A stretch of DNA of 64,000 bases. It comes from Camelus dromedarius. Taxonomy: Eukaryota. The notes under the pieces are model-generated. The model worked only from the letters and a program-made list of their open reading frames with translations. It searched no databases and was not told where the DNA came from. The position numbers and the translations under genes were made by a program. Every line of letters begins with the position of its first letter. Positions within the stretch are counted from its first letter, which is position 1. Of this stretch, positions 52,175 to 64,000 are shown piece after piece. The stretch spans positions 10,044,001-10,108,000 of the forward strand of contig NC_087436.1 in the NCBI RefSeq assembly GCF_036321535.1, read 5' to 3'.

Positions 52175-52615
52175 ATGAGGTTTGAATCCCTGCTCTGTTA
52201 CATGTTAGCTATGAACTTGGCAGCTATTTCTTTCTCTGTGCCTCAGTTTTCTCATCTGTAAAATGGGAACAGTATCACTAGTACTTAGCTCATAAGGTTG
52301 TTGTAAGAATTACATGAGATAATGTATACATAAAGGGTTTAGAACAATGCCTATTATATAGTAATAATAAATATATTATTAATGATATATTACTATATTA
52401 TTAATGTATGTTATAATATGTCATAATGTATTATAGTATATATATTATAATTATATATTATATATAATAATATATAATATATACTATATAAAATAATAAT
52501 AAATATACTATATAATAGTATATACTAATAAATAACATATATAATGATACTTATAAAGGCTTTAGAACAATGCCTGGTATATAGTTTCATAGATATTAGT
52601 TATTATTATTCTGTA
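52175..52615 (+). mobile_element. MIR with internal AT-rich insertion
   Basis: ggtttgaatccctgctctg...tctctgtgcctcagttttctcatctgtaaaatggg. Confidence 0.88.
52363..52553. repeat. AT-rich low-complexity tract flanked by 32-bp direct repeats
   Basis: Almost purely A/T; flanks at 52331-52362 and 52554-52585. Confidence 0.85.
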
Positions 52616-53366
52616 TTATATCTGAGGTTCAAAAAAGACAAATATCTTTCATGAGCTCAGTCAGTGACGAAGTCGGAATTCTAACCATGCAATGTGATTT
52701 AATGAAATACAATTCTATCTTGAAAGATTTTAATATTTCAGAATTAAAACTTTGCTTTACTCTCTGACCCCAGAGCACTTTATATATGTACCTATGTTTC
52801 CATCTTACAGAAGGTGTTGTGGTTTTGTTTGGTTCTTTTGCAGCCATCTCTACCAAACCACAATTTCAAAGCAGAATTGTGGAACATTTATCTAGATCTT
52901 CCCAGGGCCCAGCATAATAAATATTTGGTAAGTGAACACTAAATGCAGCAAATAATAATAAATATATTGTCTGGTCTGTAGTTTTTGTGGGTCTGTAACT
53001 TTTTTACTCCCCCAATCATATTACACAATTTCTCTATTTCATCATATGTGGTCACACTTGAGGATATCTTTGGTAGAGCATTGCCATAAACTTGAATGAT
53101 ATTTAGTGGCAAATAAAAAAGGACATTTCTCAAGCTGTGTGTTTCTCCCTTTATTCTAACCATAACATTCCACTTGGCAAATGTCACTTCTGACTCCCAG
53201 AGCAGTAACTCAGATTTATCTCATTCCCTGATCAAAGGAACATAGTATCTCGTATCCCATAAAAACATCTTCCCAACAGTAGAGATCTTGAATGCCTCAG
53301 CTATATCATGATAATTTAATTAAGGCTGTGACTCCTGTCAAAAATAACTAAAAATAAACATGTATA

Positions 53367-53560
53367 TAACTACTATATATAAAATAGATAAACAACAAGA
53401 ATACACTGTAGAGCACAGGGAACAATGTTCAACATCTTGTAGTAATCTATAATGTAAATGAATATGAAAATGAATATATGTTTGTATATGTATGACTGAT
53501 CTCTTATGCTGTGCACCAGAAATTGACAGAACATTGTAAACTGACTCTACTTCATTTAAA
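53367..53560 (+). mobile_element. Young L1 3' end
   Basis: 17-bp TSD aaaaataaacatgtata (53350-53366, 53561-53577). Confidence 0.93.
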
Positions 53561-53685
53561 AAAAATAAACATGTATAGAAAATGTCTTCCATAAAGAAAA
53601 ACATAGAACATTAATATAGCAGATCTTATTAGAATTTTTCAAATTTGTTCGTGTCAGCTTTCAGTTTTGTGTGAATTGTATACAT

Positions 53686-53711
53686 ACACACACACACACA
53701 CACACACACAC
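53686..53711. repeat. (CA)n microsatellite
   Basis: Uninterrupted AC run. Confidence 0.95.
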
Positions 53712-55031
53712 CCCAGATCCACCCCAAATTACAGAATTTGAAACTGCTAAAGATGGGAGGCTCCTGATGCCCTGATTGACAGGAAAACCTGCAGGGATGC
53801 AGTGTGATGATGTCAGTAAGCACAAGCTCTCATGGGATTTTTCAGGGCTGCAGCTCACTATTTCTGTCACTACACAGAACTTTTCTTTTCTCCAGTCATT
53901 CACCATATCCACAAATACAGGAAAGCTGCAAGCGTGTTTAGGGGCTTTGACCTACAAAATCCATTTCCATGTGACCCTTCTGCCTGGGACTCTGCATTTG
54001 GTTACACAGTTGCACTTGGCCTAGAGTTTCCCACCAACCAGAAAGATGTGCTCCCTGGATAATCACAGTATAAGCAGAATCTGTGATCAGAAATTGTAAG
54101 CAGGCACCACTGATTATTTTAAAGTGAGGGTATAAAGAACTTTTAAAAAGCACTGTGAACTCAATTCTCAAGTGGCCCCATATTAAGCCCTAAGCTGAGC
54201 ATCAGAGTAGAATATTTTGGCTTAAATTTCTGAGTTTCCAGGTGCTGGAAGTATTAAAACATATTTCAGCCTTTCTCTAGTTAGTCAGACATATGTGTTT
54301 AGTGTATAAATGTAGGTGTGTAATTGATTATAGTATGCCTGCATATTAGGGCTTTTTGAAAATGGGCTATTAAGAAATAAAGTCAAGTAAAAAAAAGAAA
54401 GTCTTCTGCTTTATTGGGTCAGTCCTTTGAGGATAAAAATTGTTGTTGAAGGTAAACGTTCAGCCTCCCATAAGCCTTTATGGTATAGAACTCTATTGTT
54501 TTGGACTGCAGAGACACAAACTTACTTATTATGTAAAAATGTAAAGAAAATTGTATCTAATAAAAGCCATAAATGATTAAACCACAGCGTATTCAAAATG
54601 CATTAGATGGTTTTCGTGCAGCAGAATATGTACATCCTATTATGCTAAATTAAATGCAAGCTCCTAGACGACACCAAAATCCCGTTGTTTAATAAATATT
54701 AAAATTAACCAGGATGATATTTTGAAAGTGGAATAGATACAGAAGGACAAGTCATGTGTCTACGAATATCTTAGTATCTAATGTTGGGCAGAATGAGAAT
54801 CTCATAATACAGATTTGATAAGGAATTCCATAATTAATTTTATTTTTCCATTAATAATTGAATGCCAGGAAAAAGCAAAGACAGTTGAAGAAATGTTGAA
54901 CAATTGCAAGTTTCTTGGCTTTTATTTGTCAGTGGGAATCATACACATACACACGCATGCACGCACACACACACGCACACCGACACACACTGATAAATCG
55001 TAAATCTTTTTTTCCCTCTATGTGTGTACAG

Positions 55032-55984
55032 TAGGGGTTCTTAGCCTACAGTCCAAGAACATGAGTAGAAATAAAAATTATATTTTTTGCCTTAACTTCT
55101 AATTGAAGTTTAGCATTTCCTCCAGTTATTAATGTATAGGGAAAAAACCCCACCACCACAATATTAGTAGTAGTACAACAGAAATCAGATATTTTCGTAT
55201 CACATAAGAGTTGTTGCAAATATTGTTTGTATCTGTTACTACTTTGAAATTATTATAGTTATTATTAGCCATTGCAATTATTATTTAATACAATCATTTA
55301 AAAAGTACACATATCACTATGGCACACATTGATTTTTAAATGTTTTGATTATTGTATTTTAATACAATTACTTTTCATTGTAGACTCATGAATTTTACTT
55401 TATGCATTTAAAAACATTACTCTGAAAAGGAAACCATAGACTTCAGCAGACTGCAAAGGAGTCTGTGTGTCAAAAACAGAAAAATGGCCCCTCAAAGATC
55501 TCAGGTCTCAGTCCCCAGAACTGGTGCATATGTGACCTTACATGGTAGAAGGGACTTCGCACATGGGATTATGTTAAGGATGTTGAGATGGAAAGACTAC
55601 CCCGGAGTAATTATCTAAGTGAGCCCAGTGTGATCACAGGGTCCTGATAAAAGGAAAGCAAGTATGAAAGCCAGAAAAAGGAGGAGAATTGATGGAAGCA
55701 GAGGTTGGAGTGATGTGTTTTGAAGACAGAGGGAGGGCCCGGGAGCCAAAGGATGCAGGCAGCCTCAGGAGCCGGAAAACAAAAGGAAAACAATTCTCTC
55801 GAGGCTTCTGAAGGAGCACCCTGATGACAACTTGACTTGGCTCAGTGAGACTCACTTTGGACTTTCGACCTCCACAACTGTAAAAATATAATTTGTGTTA
55901 CTTCAAGCCACTACATTTGTTGAGAATTTGTTACAGCAGCAGTGGGAGCTAATACACGATGGCATCAAAGAGTCAGAACACCTG
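55032..55984 (+). mobile_element. hAT-Charlie DNA transposon (Charlie4a-like) split by MLT1D
   Basis: Ends taggggttctt / agaacacctg; internal tttagcatttcct...catttaaaaacattactctga. Confidence 0.85.
55464..55956 (+). mobile_element. MaLR LTR, MLT1D-like
   Basis: aatggcccctcaaagat...gagccaaaggatgcaggcagcctc...ttgttacagcagcagtgggagctaataca. Confidence 0.9.
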
Positions 55985-56110
55985 AGGGTGATGTAGGTCA
56001 CTCGTTCCACTAGCAAAACCGGTTTTCCTGTGACTTAGGGGAAGTGAGTTCAGTGTTTCATACAGAATATGGTCTTGGCTAAATAAAATATTACTAAGAA
56101 CAAGTGCTTT

Positions 56111-56413
56111 CGGACATAGAAAAAAAAAATACGGTTACCAGAAGGGAAAGGAGGGTGAGGGATAAATTAGGAATTTGGGATTAGCAGATACACACTACTA
56201 AATATAAAATAGATAAACAACAAGGACCTACGGTATAGCACAGGGAACTATATTCAATTTCTTGTAATAACATATAATGGAAAAGATTCTGAATATAGAT
56301 TTATGTATATGTATGTAAAACTGTATGTAAAAATTCAATGTTGTGTTACAGTTTGCTGTAACACAACATTGTAAAAAGAAAATACACCTCAATAAAAAAT
56401 TAAATTAAGAAAA
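56111..56413 (+). mobile_element. L1 3' end
   Basis: TSD aagaacaagtgcttt / aaggacaagtgtttt; tatagcacagggaactatattcaa. Confidence 0.9.
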
Positions 56414-57689
56414 AAGGACAAGTGTTTTGTTTTCCTGGAAATATTCCAGTTCTAAAACATGTTTAAGGTTTTGGCACATTTTCATTGGCCTCACCCCAAA
56501 AAATAAAAGAGTAGACATATTTTCTGTTATTTGGGGATTGATAATCACTTTTCAGATCTCAAACTGAACATAGCTAAGGGCTAGTATTTACAGAAATGAC
56601 ATTCTTTACTCAAAGGCAATATTTTTTTTTACAGAAAGTAATTTTAAAAGCCTTGATAATCTTTCGAATATAATTATAGCAATTTTTTTTTCAGCTGGGC
56701 AAATTCCACAGTGTTTTGATGCTCTGTACATGTCCACACAGAATTGCAACAATAACTGAAGACCATGACCCGAACTGCCCTTGTCACTCTTCAGAGCACA
56801 TTGACCAGTACATTGACCATTGTCTCAGACTATATAATTAACATAAGCCTGCAGACACCCTCTTGGAATGGCATATTCCTTGCCCTCACTACCCTGCTCT
56901 ATATGATATAAATCCATAGTGGTTGATAAGACTGAATATCATTTGTATTTAAAGATTATTTTGCATTAAAATACATTGCTTTTATTTTAACTCACCTACT
57001 AGTGTCAAAAAAATCACTCATCTCTTTTACAAAAGCAGCTTGAGAAAACAGCATCATTTTGATAATGTGAAGGTCCTTGTTTTATGAGTTAGTGTAGCTC
57101 TTTGTGGAAACAGTTCAAAGGCAGTTCCATTATTTGTAAACACCATCTTCATAATATTAGAGCTAATGTTGCTATTTAATTCATTTGACATCACAGTGTT
57201 ATGGTAACTGGTTCCTGGTGGCCAAAGGTTATATGTGTATATATATACAGCATGTGGGAAGGGAATTATTCTTCAGTGACACAGGTGAATTGTATGTGTG
57301 TAAGCTTTGAAATTATTCTAGTAAATTACAGGTTCCAAATTGGCTTAGTGATGTAAACGTTTCTGTATTCAAGGTAATTCAATAGACCCCAAGTTCATTG
57401 CACAAATTCTACTTGGATAAAAGCATGATAAACTGTACTTCTGTTTGTTTCTCAGTCAGTGTGAGATTTGATAGCCTTGGGGTTCAAGGCCAGATTTCCT
57501 AGTTGGCCCTCAGTACTTGAGCAAAAGCCTTATTATCAATGATCACATTGATCTTCTGTGCCCAGGAATGCTCACTGCTGTTTATACAAATTATGAAAAC
57601 TCAGCTAAAAAGGTCAAGCATGAGGCTGAATCACTGAGTCTGAATCACTGAGTAGGGATGCTGAAAGTGATGAGCTTTCAGAGATTTGA

Positions 57690-58200
57690 CTAATACCTTC
57701 ATTTTTACACTTCAGGAAGTAAAAATGTACAGAGGTTGAGTCTTGTACGAATGAACACAGTCAGCAGAGGTGAGTCTAAAAAGCTGGGGTTTCTTCCTTC
57801 CAGTGCCACATTCATTCCATTCGATCACATTAGTTTATCTTGAAATAAATTAAGCCCAGTGTATCTGACTTGGTATCACCAAACACCTCTATGTGTCAGG
57901 AATTGTGCTGTGTAGTAAAGACAAAAGAATAAAAGATAGTATGTACTTTTTAATGTGCTTTTAAGGAGAAAGAAATATGTAAATAAATAGATGGTATTAA
58001 TTTGAGATGGGTGCTGCAATAAATATAATAGGAGTTCAAAGAGGGAACAAGTCAGCTCAATTCCAGAGTCAGTGAAGGCTTCGCGAAGAGTTAATTCCTG
58101 AACTGAGTTTGAGGGAAGATCGGTTACTTGTTGAGCCAGTTGGAAGAGCATTCCTCTGAGATAGAAAGAGAGCGAGCATCAGTGAAAGCAAGAAAGAACA
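57690..58200 (-). mobile_element. MIR and LINE-2 fragments
   Basis: cattttacacttcaggaa...agaggttgag (MIR); caccaaacacctctatgtgtcagg...tcagtgaaggcttc (L2). Confidence 0.55.
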
Positions 58201-58754
58201 CATCCTTGTCTGCAAGCATCCCCCGGCTGCTACATGTCCTGGAGGAGAAATACAAAAGGAAAACAGGAACTTCCTGTACTCCAGGTAAGCTGGTCCCTCC
58301 GCTGGCCTCCATGACTCCACTGACAGGAGTTTAAGTAGGTACCCCTGTTCTGGAGATTGGAGAGAGACCCACAGATACAGGAGTTCCAGGGACGACTGTC
58401 CCTCCCCTGGCATCCACCTGCTGTCAGGGGAGTGAACAGGGGTCCACTACCCTGCATGCTTCCGGCAGGAGGTGCCTCCACCCCACATCTCATACTTTAT
58501 TGCCCCATTCCACTGGACACAGTTGGGGTTGGCTGTGTCACAGGTGTCATGTACTTTATCACTGATCACCTCACTCACTACATGAAGCTCGACTCTTCCA
58601 AGTCCACCCTCACCCCCCAGCTTCTCATCCCCATAGAATTCTGTACATCTCCCTCTGGAATGCATGCTGGGTCTACAGCCAAACCTTCCTTAACCTCAAG
58701 AGCGCCATAGCCAAGTCACACTGTGCTGCCACGCAATTTTTAAAGGTACTTCTC

Positions 58755-59498
58755 TGCCAGTAGGAGTGTTAGTGAGTATAGGGGCCCTCAGATTAGAAAA
58801 CCCACTCTAAGTGTGCGTCCTTGCCTGCCGGCTGAGAGAGAATTTTCAACAGAGCAGAAGGACAAAGAGAAAAGCTGCTTTATTGCTCAAAAGAGAAAAA
58901 GCCACTCGAGTGGAGAAGTCGTAAGCCAGGTGGCTTGACATGAGAACTCCCTCTTTTGGGGTCTCGCCTGGGTCCTTTTATCCATCTTCTTTGTGGCCTC
59001 TTGTCTCCTTCTCATTGACTGCCTTTTTCGTGCTCATTTCTCCAGCTCCTTCTGCTCTGTGCAGCAAGCACTTTGCAAAAAACAAAAACAAAAACAAAAA
59101 CAAAAACAAAAACAAAAACAAAAAATACAAGATCTAGCTGGCAGGTCCCTCAAACAATGTGGTTATATGTATTAAGTCAAGTCAGGGATTTGTGTTTCCA
59201 CAACATAGCCTTTCCCATTACCCAAGCAAAAGTATTTCCTAAGGCCAACTCTAGATTAGTATCAAACAGGTCAATTCTAAACCTTTAAAGAAGTCTCTAG
59301 GCAATAGGTCGGGGTTTCAGTTTCCAGTCCCCCCTGCTCCCCATGTGTAGCCCACACAGCTGTAAGTGGTGGTGTGGACTCCCCAGCCATCTTCCCGAAT
59401 GTTCCCTTCACCTTCTCTCTTTAAGTAAAACCTAGCTTTGCCTCGGGGACATTGCTTCTTTTGCATCCCTTCTAAAAGAATCTGTTTTTCCCTCCACA
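58755..59498 (-). mobile_element. Relatively young solo LTR (CpGs retained)
   Basis: Minus strand TGTGGAGGG...CTACTGGCA; GATAAAAG TATA-like motif, AATAAAGC; right boundary may instead be 59451; no clean TSD. Confidence 0.8.
59076..59125. repeat. (CAAAAA)n hexamer microsatellite within the LTR
   Basis: About 8 units; explains the KNKN/QKQK/TKTK ORFs. Confidence 0.95.
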
Positions 59499-59520
59499 AT
59501 CTGTTTAATAATTGCAGTCA

Positions 59521-60077
59521 TGTAAAGTAGATGCTTACCAGCCAAAGACCCCAAAAATCAGCAGAATCAAACCTGGGCTTATGACGTGTTGCAAGGGAGA
59601 CCAAATGCCACGGGAACAACGGGGTATCTCAGTAAGAGGATATTACGAGGGGACAGTTAAGAGAATTGAGGCTTGGGTGACATCACTTTGAGGAGGAATG
59701 GAGAAGGGTGTTTTGTGATTGCATGTTGTCAGAAAGTGAGGGCAATTCTATGATTGCACATCTTCATTTTTATCTGGGAGGTAGGTGGAATTGAGGGGGT
59801 TCAAGCTGTAACCGCTCAAGGAAACGACAGTCATTCATGTAGCGCGCTGAGTTGGATGCTTGGTTGCTTTTGTGATTTGCACAGTGTTCCTCTGTCTTCC
59901 TTTGCTCAGAAATGACTCAGCAGTCTTGGTTTTGCTAACATTATCAGAGTGACCTTGGCTGATGTGGATGGATGTTCTATGAAATTGCTTATATTAAGGA
60001 AGAAACAGCATAGCCTTGCCTTGAGGCCAGGTCAGTAACCAGCTAACAGCTGTCAGGATTTCTTCTTTTCTTTCTCA
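59521..60077 (-). mobile_element. Old ERV1 LTR (MER89/MER67-like)
   Basis: Minus strand starts TGAGAAAG...cctgacagc...ctggcct and ends ...TACA. Confidence 0.65.
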
Positions 60078-62330
60078 GTAGGCCCCCTTGTCAGATTTCT
60101 TTTTTCTTCCCATAATGGAAGTATTTTAAAGCTTCGTCATGAAGTATGATATTTGCTGTAATTTTCAGAGACACTTTTAAGACTTTAAAGAAAACTGGTT
60201 TTTTTCTTCCTAAGAATTTTTAACACAGATGGGTATTAAGCTAACCCATTACAGAATGATGGTTGATGGACAGAAACATAAGACTGGTCTGAAGTCCTGG
60301 ATGACTATCTCTGATTTGTCCTGTTTCCTAGGCCTCACTATCTTCGGGCTCATCACCCTCTAAACCATCCTCCACTTAATATTTTAATCATATTTCTAAA
60401 ATATAAATCATCGCATTACTTTAAAGATCATTCAACAATTCCCTGTTACTTACATAATAGATTCCAAAATCTTCTCCATCAAAATGCCTTTCAATTATGA
60501 GCCCCTATTTACGTCTTTCACTACATGCTTTGTAATTCCCTCACACACCTTTCAATTTATCTATATCTAAATATTCATGAATTTAACAAATATTTGGTCA
60601 AGTGCCAAGCAGAGGTCTAAGATTTATGAATAAAATAAATCACATTCCTTGCCTTCACGGACCTTACAACCCCCAGAGAGGGAGAGATAATAAAGAGTAA
60701 GTCCTATCGTATCTCTTTTTGGTGTTTCTTTTAGCCAGTGTGAAAAACTGAGAAGAACTGAAGAATGACAGTGACTATAATGAGCATGATCAGACAGCCA
60801 CACTCCCATTGCTGCTGCTGTCTTGACGAGGGCACAGCATCAGAGCCCTTCTCACCTTTCACAAATGATTTTTTTTTTAACCAAGAAGTGGAGAACCCTA
60901 GAAGCAATTTGCTTTTACCTGGAAGGAACAGCAGGACATTGTAGCATTTTACGTCAGAACCACGTCAGTTCTGACTACTTGCTGTCATTCAATAAACAGG
61001 AACTTGGGTGACCTCACCATCCCAAGGACATCTTACTATACTGGTGACATCATGCTGATTGGACTTGGAGAAAGGGAAATGTAAATATTATGGCTGCTTT
61101 AGCGAGATACAGAAGATGAAAGATAAATCTCTGGAAAACACAGGGGTCTGTCACCTCATTGAAGCATCTGAGGGAAGAGGAGGTAAAATGGACTTCAGCA
61201 TATCACAATATATCAAATGCAGCACATTTTTCTCCTTTACTAAAAGATGACAATGCTAAGTGTCACATTTACCAAATGATCTAAAGATGTGCCAGCTTTT
61301 AGTGGAGTCTGAAAGAGAAAATACTTTCCAGATGACATAGGCTGAAGTTCAAGCAGTGCCACCATTTTTGCTTCTATGATCCAAGAGAGCCAGTGATGGT
61401 TAAGTGCTCTCTGCAGACCGTGGCTGGCTTTGTTAGGAAAATCACACCAAAGTCTCAGGATTCTGGAGGAAAGCCAAGCCATTTGGGGAAGGTAATTGTC
61501 CTTCTGAGACAGTTCTTGGCTTGAACATCTGATGACTGGACACTGGGAGATATTAAAAACTGAGAAATTCATTATGAGCTGAGAATTTGGGATCAATTCA
61601 AACAGTAGATTATACTCAGTAGCGTTCCAAGTTCAACTGGAATATACTTATTTGTTCAGAGTATCTCCTGAAAGCCCACGGAAGTTGCATAAACAGGATG
61701 TTCACATTTCTCTTGGTCCTGCTTTTCACCTCAACCCATTATCCAAGCCTTAGTGGGAAGTCCCTATGACCAATTTTTATAGGTGAGGAGTGTGGTTTAC
61801 AAATGATTTTTCATGATAACGCTGGCATTAATTAGAAGTGGGTTACTGCGTCAAAGCTATAAAATATATAAATAACCCTATAAACAAGGGTGAACTAAGA
61901 CATTTATAGAATGCCTCACCCAACACCAATAGAAGATACATTCTTTTCAATTGCACATGCAGGATTCATCTGGTTAGACCATAGGGAGGGTTATTCAAAA
62001 TAACTCAATAAATGCCATAAGAATAAAGAATTAAAATTAAATGTGGTATACATTTGACTAATACATTATTACATTACAAATAAATAACAAGATATCTGTA
62101 AAATTGAAAATATTTGGGATTTTAGAATACATGATACCAAAATTTGTAGGATGCAGCTGAAGCCATGTTCAGGGAGAAAGAAAGCTTACATTACATAAGC
62201 ACTTCCTGTGAAAAGATTATAAGGCACTTAATATAAAAATGCCAAGTCAATGATCTAAGTTGATACCTTACTGTAAACGTAAGAACAATTTAAAAGTAGA
62301 GTATTCCAAATCTACATACACACACATGTA

Positions 62331-62503
62331 TGCCAGTAGGAGTGTTAGTGGGTAGAGGGGCTCTCAGATTAGAAAGCCCACCTACAGTGTGAGTCCTTGC
62401 CTGTCGGTTGAGAAAGAATTTTCAACAGAGCACAGGGACAAAGAGAAAAGCTGCTTTATTGCTCAAAAGAGGAAAAGCCACTCGAGCGGAGAAGTCGTAA
62501 GCC
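62331..62503 (-). mobile_element. Truncated copy (R-U5 end) of the 58755 LTR
   Basis: 173 bp, 16 ungapped mismatches (about 91% identity) to 58755-58927 by manual count. Confidence 0.92.
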
Positions 62504-62580
62504 CAAGTGCATAGACAATATCCCACAACAAAAAAATTATCTGCTCTAAAATGTTAATAATGTCAGTTTGGGAAGCCCTG
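62504..62580. mobile_element. MER20 (hAT) terminal fragment
   Basis: cccacaacaaaaaaattatctgctctaaaatgttaataatgtc...gaagccctg. Confidence 0.7.
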
Positions 62581-64000
62581 ACCTGGCATAAAACATGAAA
62601 TGTCACTACACAAAAAACTTGAAGACTCAACTAAGAGAAACTTAAAAATACCTAAATGAGTTGAAAGTTTTAAGAGTTCATGCATTGTTATCATGAATGT
62701 ACCTCCCTAAATTAATGTAAAAATTCACATACTTCCTACAAAAACTCGAGTTTTTTAAAGAAATAGACAAGTTTATTCTAAAAAGGTACAGAATTTTTAA
62801 AGATCAAAAATCATTCAAACTATCTTGAAAAAAAGAGAATACACTTAGGGCTCTCCAACTCCCTGATTTCAAGACTTACTATAAAGTTATCATGTAGTGT
62901 TGGCACACAAATAGGCATTGAATCATCTGAACAGAATAAAGAGTGTAGAAATAAACCCACACATATACAGCCAATTGATTTGCAACAAGGTGCCAAATTC
63001 ATTCAGTAAACAAAGGAGAGCCTTTTGAACAAACGTTGCTGTATCGCAGTTGGGTATCTGCGTGGGCAAAGCAAAACAACAACAACAGTAAACTTGTCTC
63101 CTATCCCTCACCAAACACAAAAATTATATTTGATACAGATCATGGACCCAAGCATTAAACCCAGAACCATAAATCTTCTAGAAGAAAACAGGAGATTATC
63201 TTGGAGAACCTGGAATCAGCAAATTTCCTTGGAGAGGGCATAAACAGCACTGACCAAAAACTTGAAAATGAATTAAATTCCATAAATATTTACAATTTCT
63301 GCTCCTTATAAGATACCACTAATAAAATGAATAACCAAGCCACAGCCTGAGGAAAAATATTTATAACACATATAATAAATGATTTGTACTCATAAGGAAC
63401 ACCTACAAATCAACAGTAAAAAGATGAACATCCCAATTTTTCTGAATGAACCAAAGATTTGAACACTTTGCCATAGAAGATGTACTAATGCTCAATAAAC
63501 ATGGAAGGATACTAAACATCTTTAATCTTTAGGAGTTTGCAAATTAAAACTATAAACAAAATACCATGCCATACCCACTGGAGTGGCCAAAATCAAAAGG
63601 TCTAACTCCACTGACTATTGGTAAAGATATGGAACCACAGGGAATGGCTCCTAGGATTTCCTTCGAGAAATATTGGCCTGCACTCTCAGGCCATGTGTTT
63701 CAGGTAGAGTGGAATCCACCCCTACTTCAGGGACAGGCAGAAGACCCGAGCAAGGCCAAGTAGAACCACAGCAGATAATTAAGAAATATCACCAGGTCTT
63801 AGCTGGCTTAGCTACAGTAAGCAGAGTCAGCCCTGGGTCTCTGTAATTCTTGGGAAAGAAATGTGATTTTTTTGTTTCGTTTTGCATTAACACCTACTCT
63901 GGCAGCTTACAAACCTGGTATAATTGGTGGTCATTGTGATCAACACCCTAGGAGAGTCCTTATGAAGAGAAAACTAACAGAATTTTATGGAGTTGTGAGG

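Larger units (their letters stand above)
61880..63630 (+). mobile_element. Fragmented old L1M ORF2, with insertions
   Basis: atacattcttttcaattgcacatg; ccctgatttcaagacttactataaag; agaaataaacccacacatatacagccaattgattt. Confidence 0.8.

Noticed and set aside
58069..58710. Cluster of overlapping ORFs on both strands
   Set aside because: Explained by locally higher GC and fewer stops; no homology recognised
58940..59288. KN/QK/TK-repeat ORFs
   Set aside because: Translations of the (CAAAAA)n microsatellite
58755..62503. Single provirus bounded by the two LTR copies
   Set aside because: No PBS or PPT, and the spacer consists of older L1, L2 and LTR host repeats
1..64000. CRISPR array, operon or prokaryotic defence system
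   Set aside because: Sequence is mammalian; no regularly spaced repeats or gene-dense coding structure

Overview
Eukaryotic (mammalian) AT-rich, gene-poor DNA, most likely camelid: five tRNA-Ala-derived SINEs match the vic-1 type. I find no credible intact protein-coding gene, tRNA/rRNA gene or CRISPR array; the ORFs in the track are mostly chance ORFs or L1/ERV remnants. The window is dominated by transposable elements: (1) an internally deleted minus-strand ERV1-like provirus at 2984-6046 with two LTRs, an Arg-type PBS, a PPT and an Env-TM-like remnant; (2) a dense cluster of about 10 ERV1-like solo LTRs at 9.2-19.1 kb, including nested and inverted same-family pairs; (3) many L1 3' ends with clear target-site duplications (TSDs), including a 5'-inverted copy and a chimeric 3' end; (4) old L2, MIR, MaLR, Tigger and Charlie relics. 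The most interesting non-TE signal is speculative: three minus-strand exon-like segments at 26.6-28.3 kb that weakly resemble a decayed CRISP-like secreted-protein gene. Family names come from recalled consensus sequences, not a search, and boundaries without TSDs are approximate. I cannot support a claim of a new biological system.
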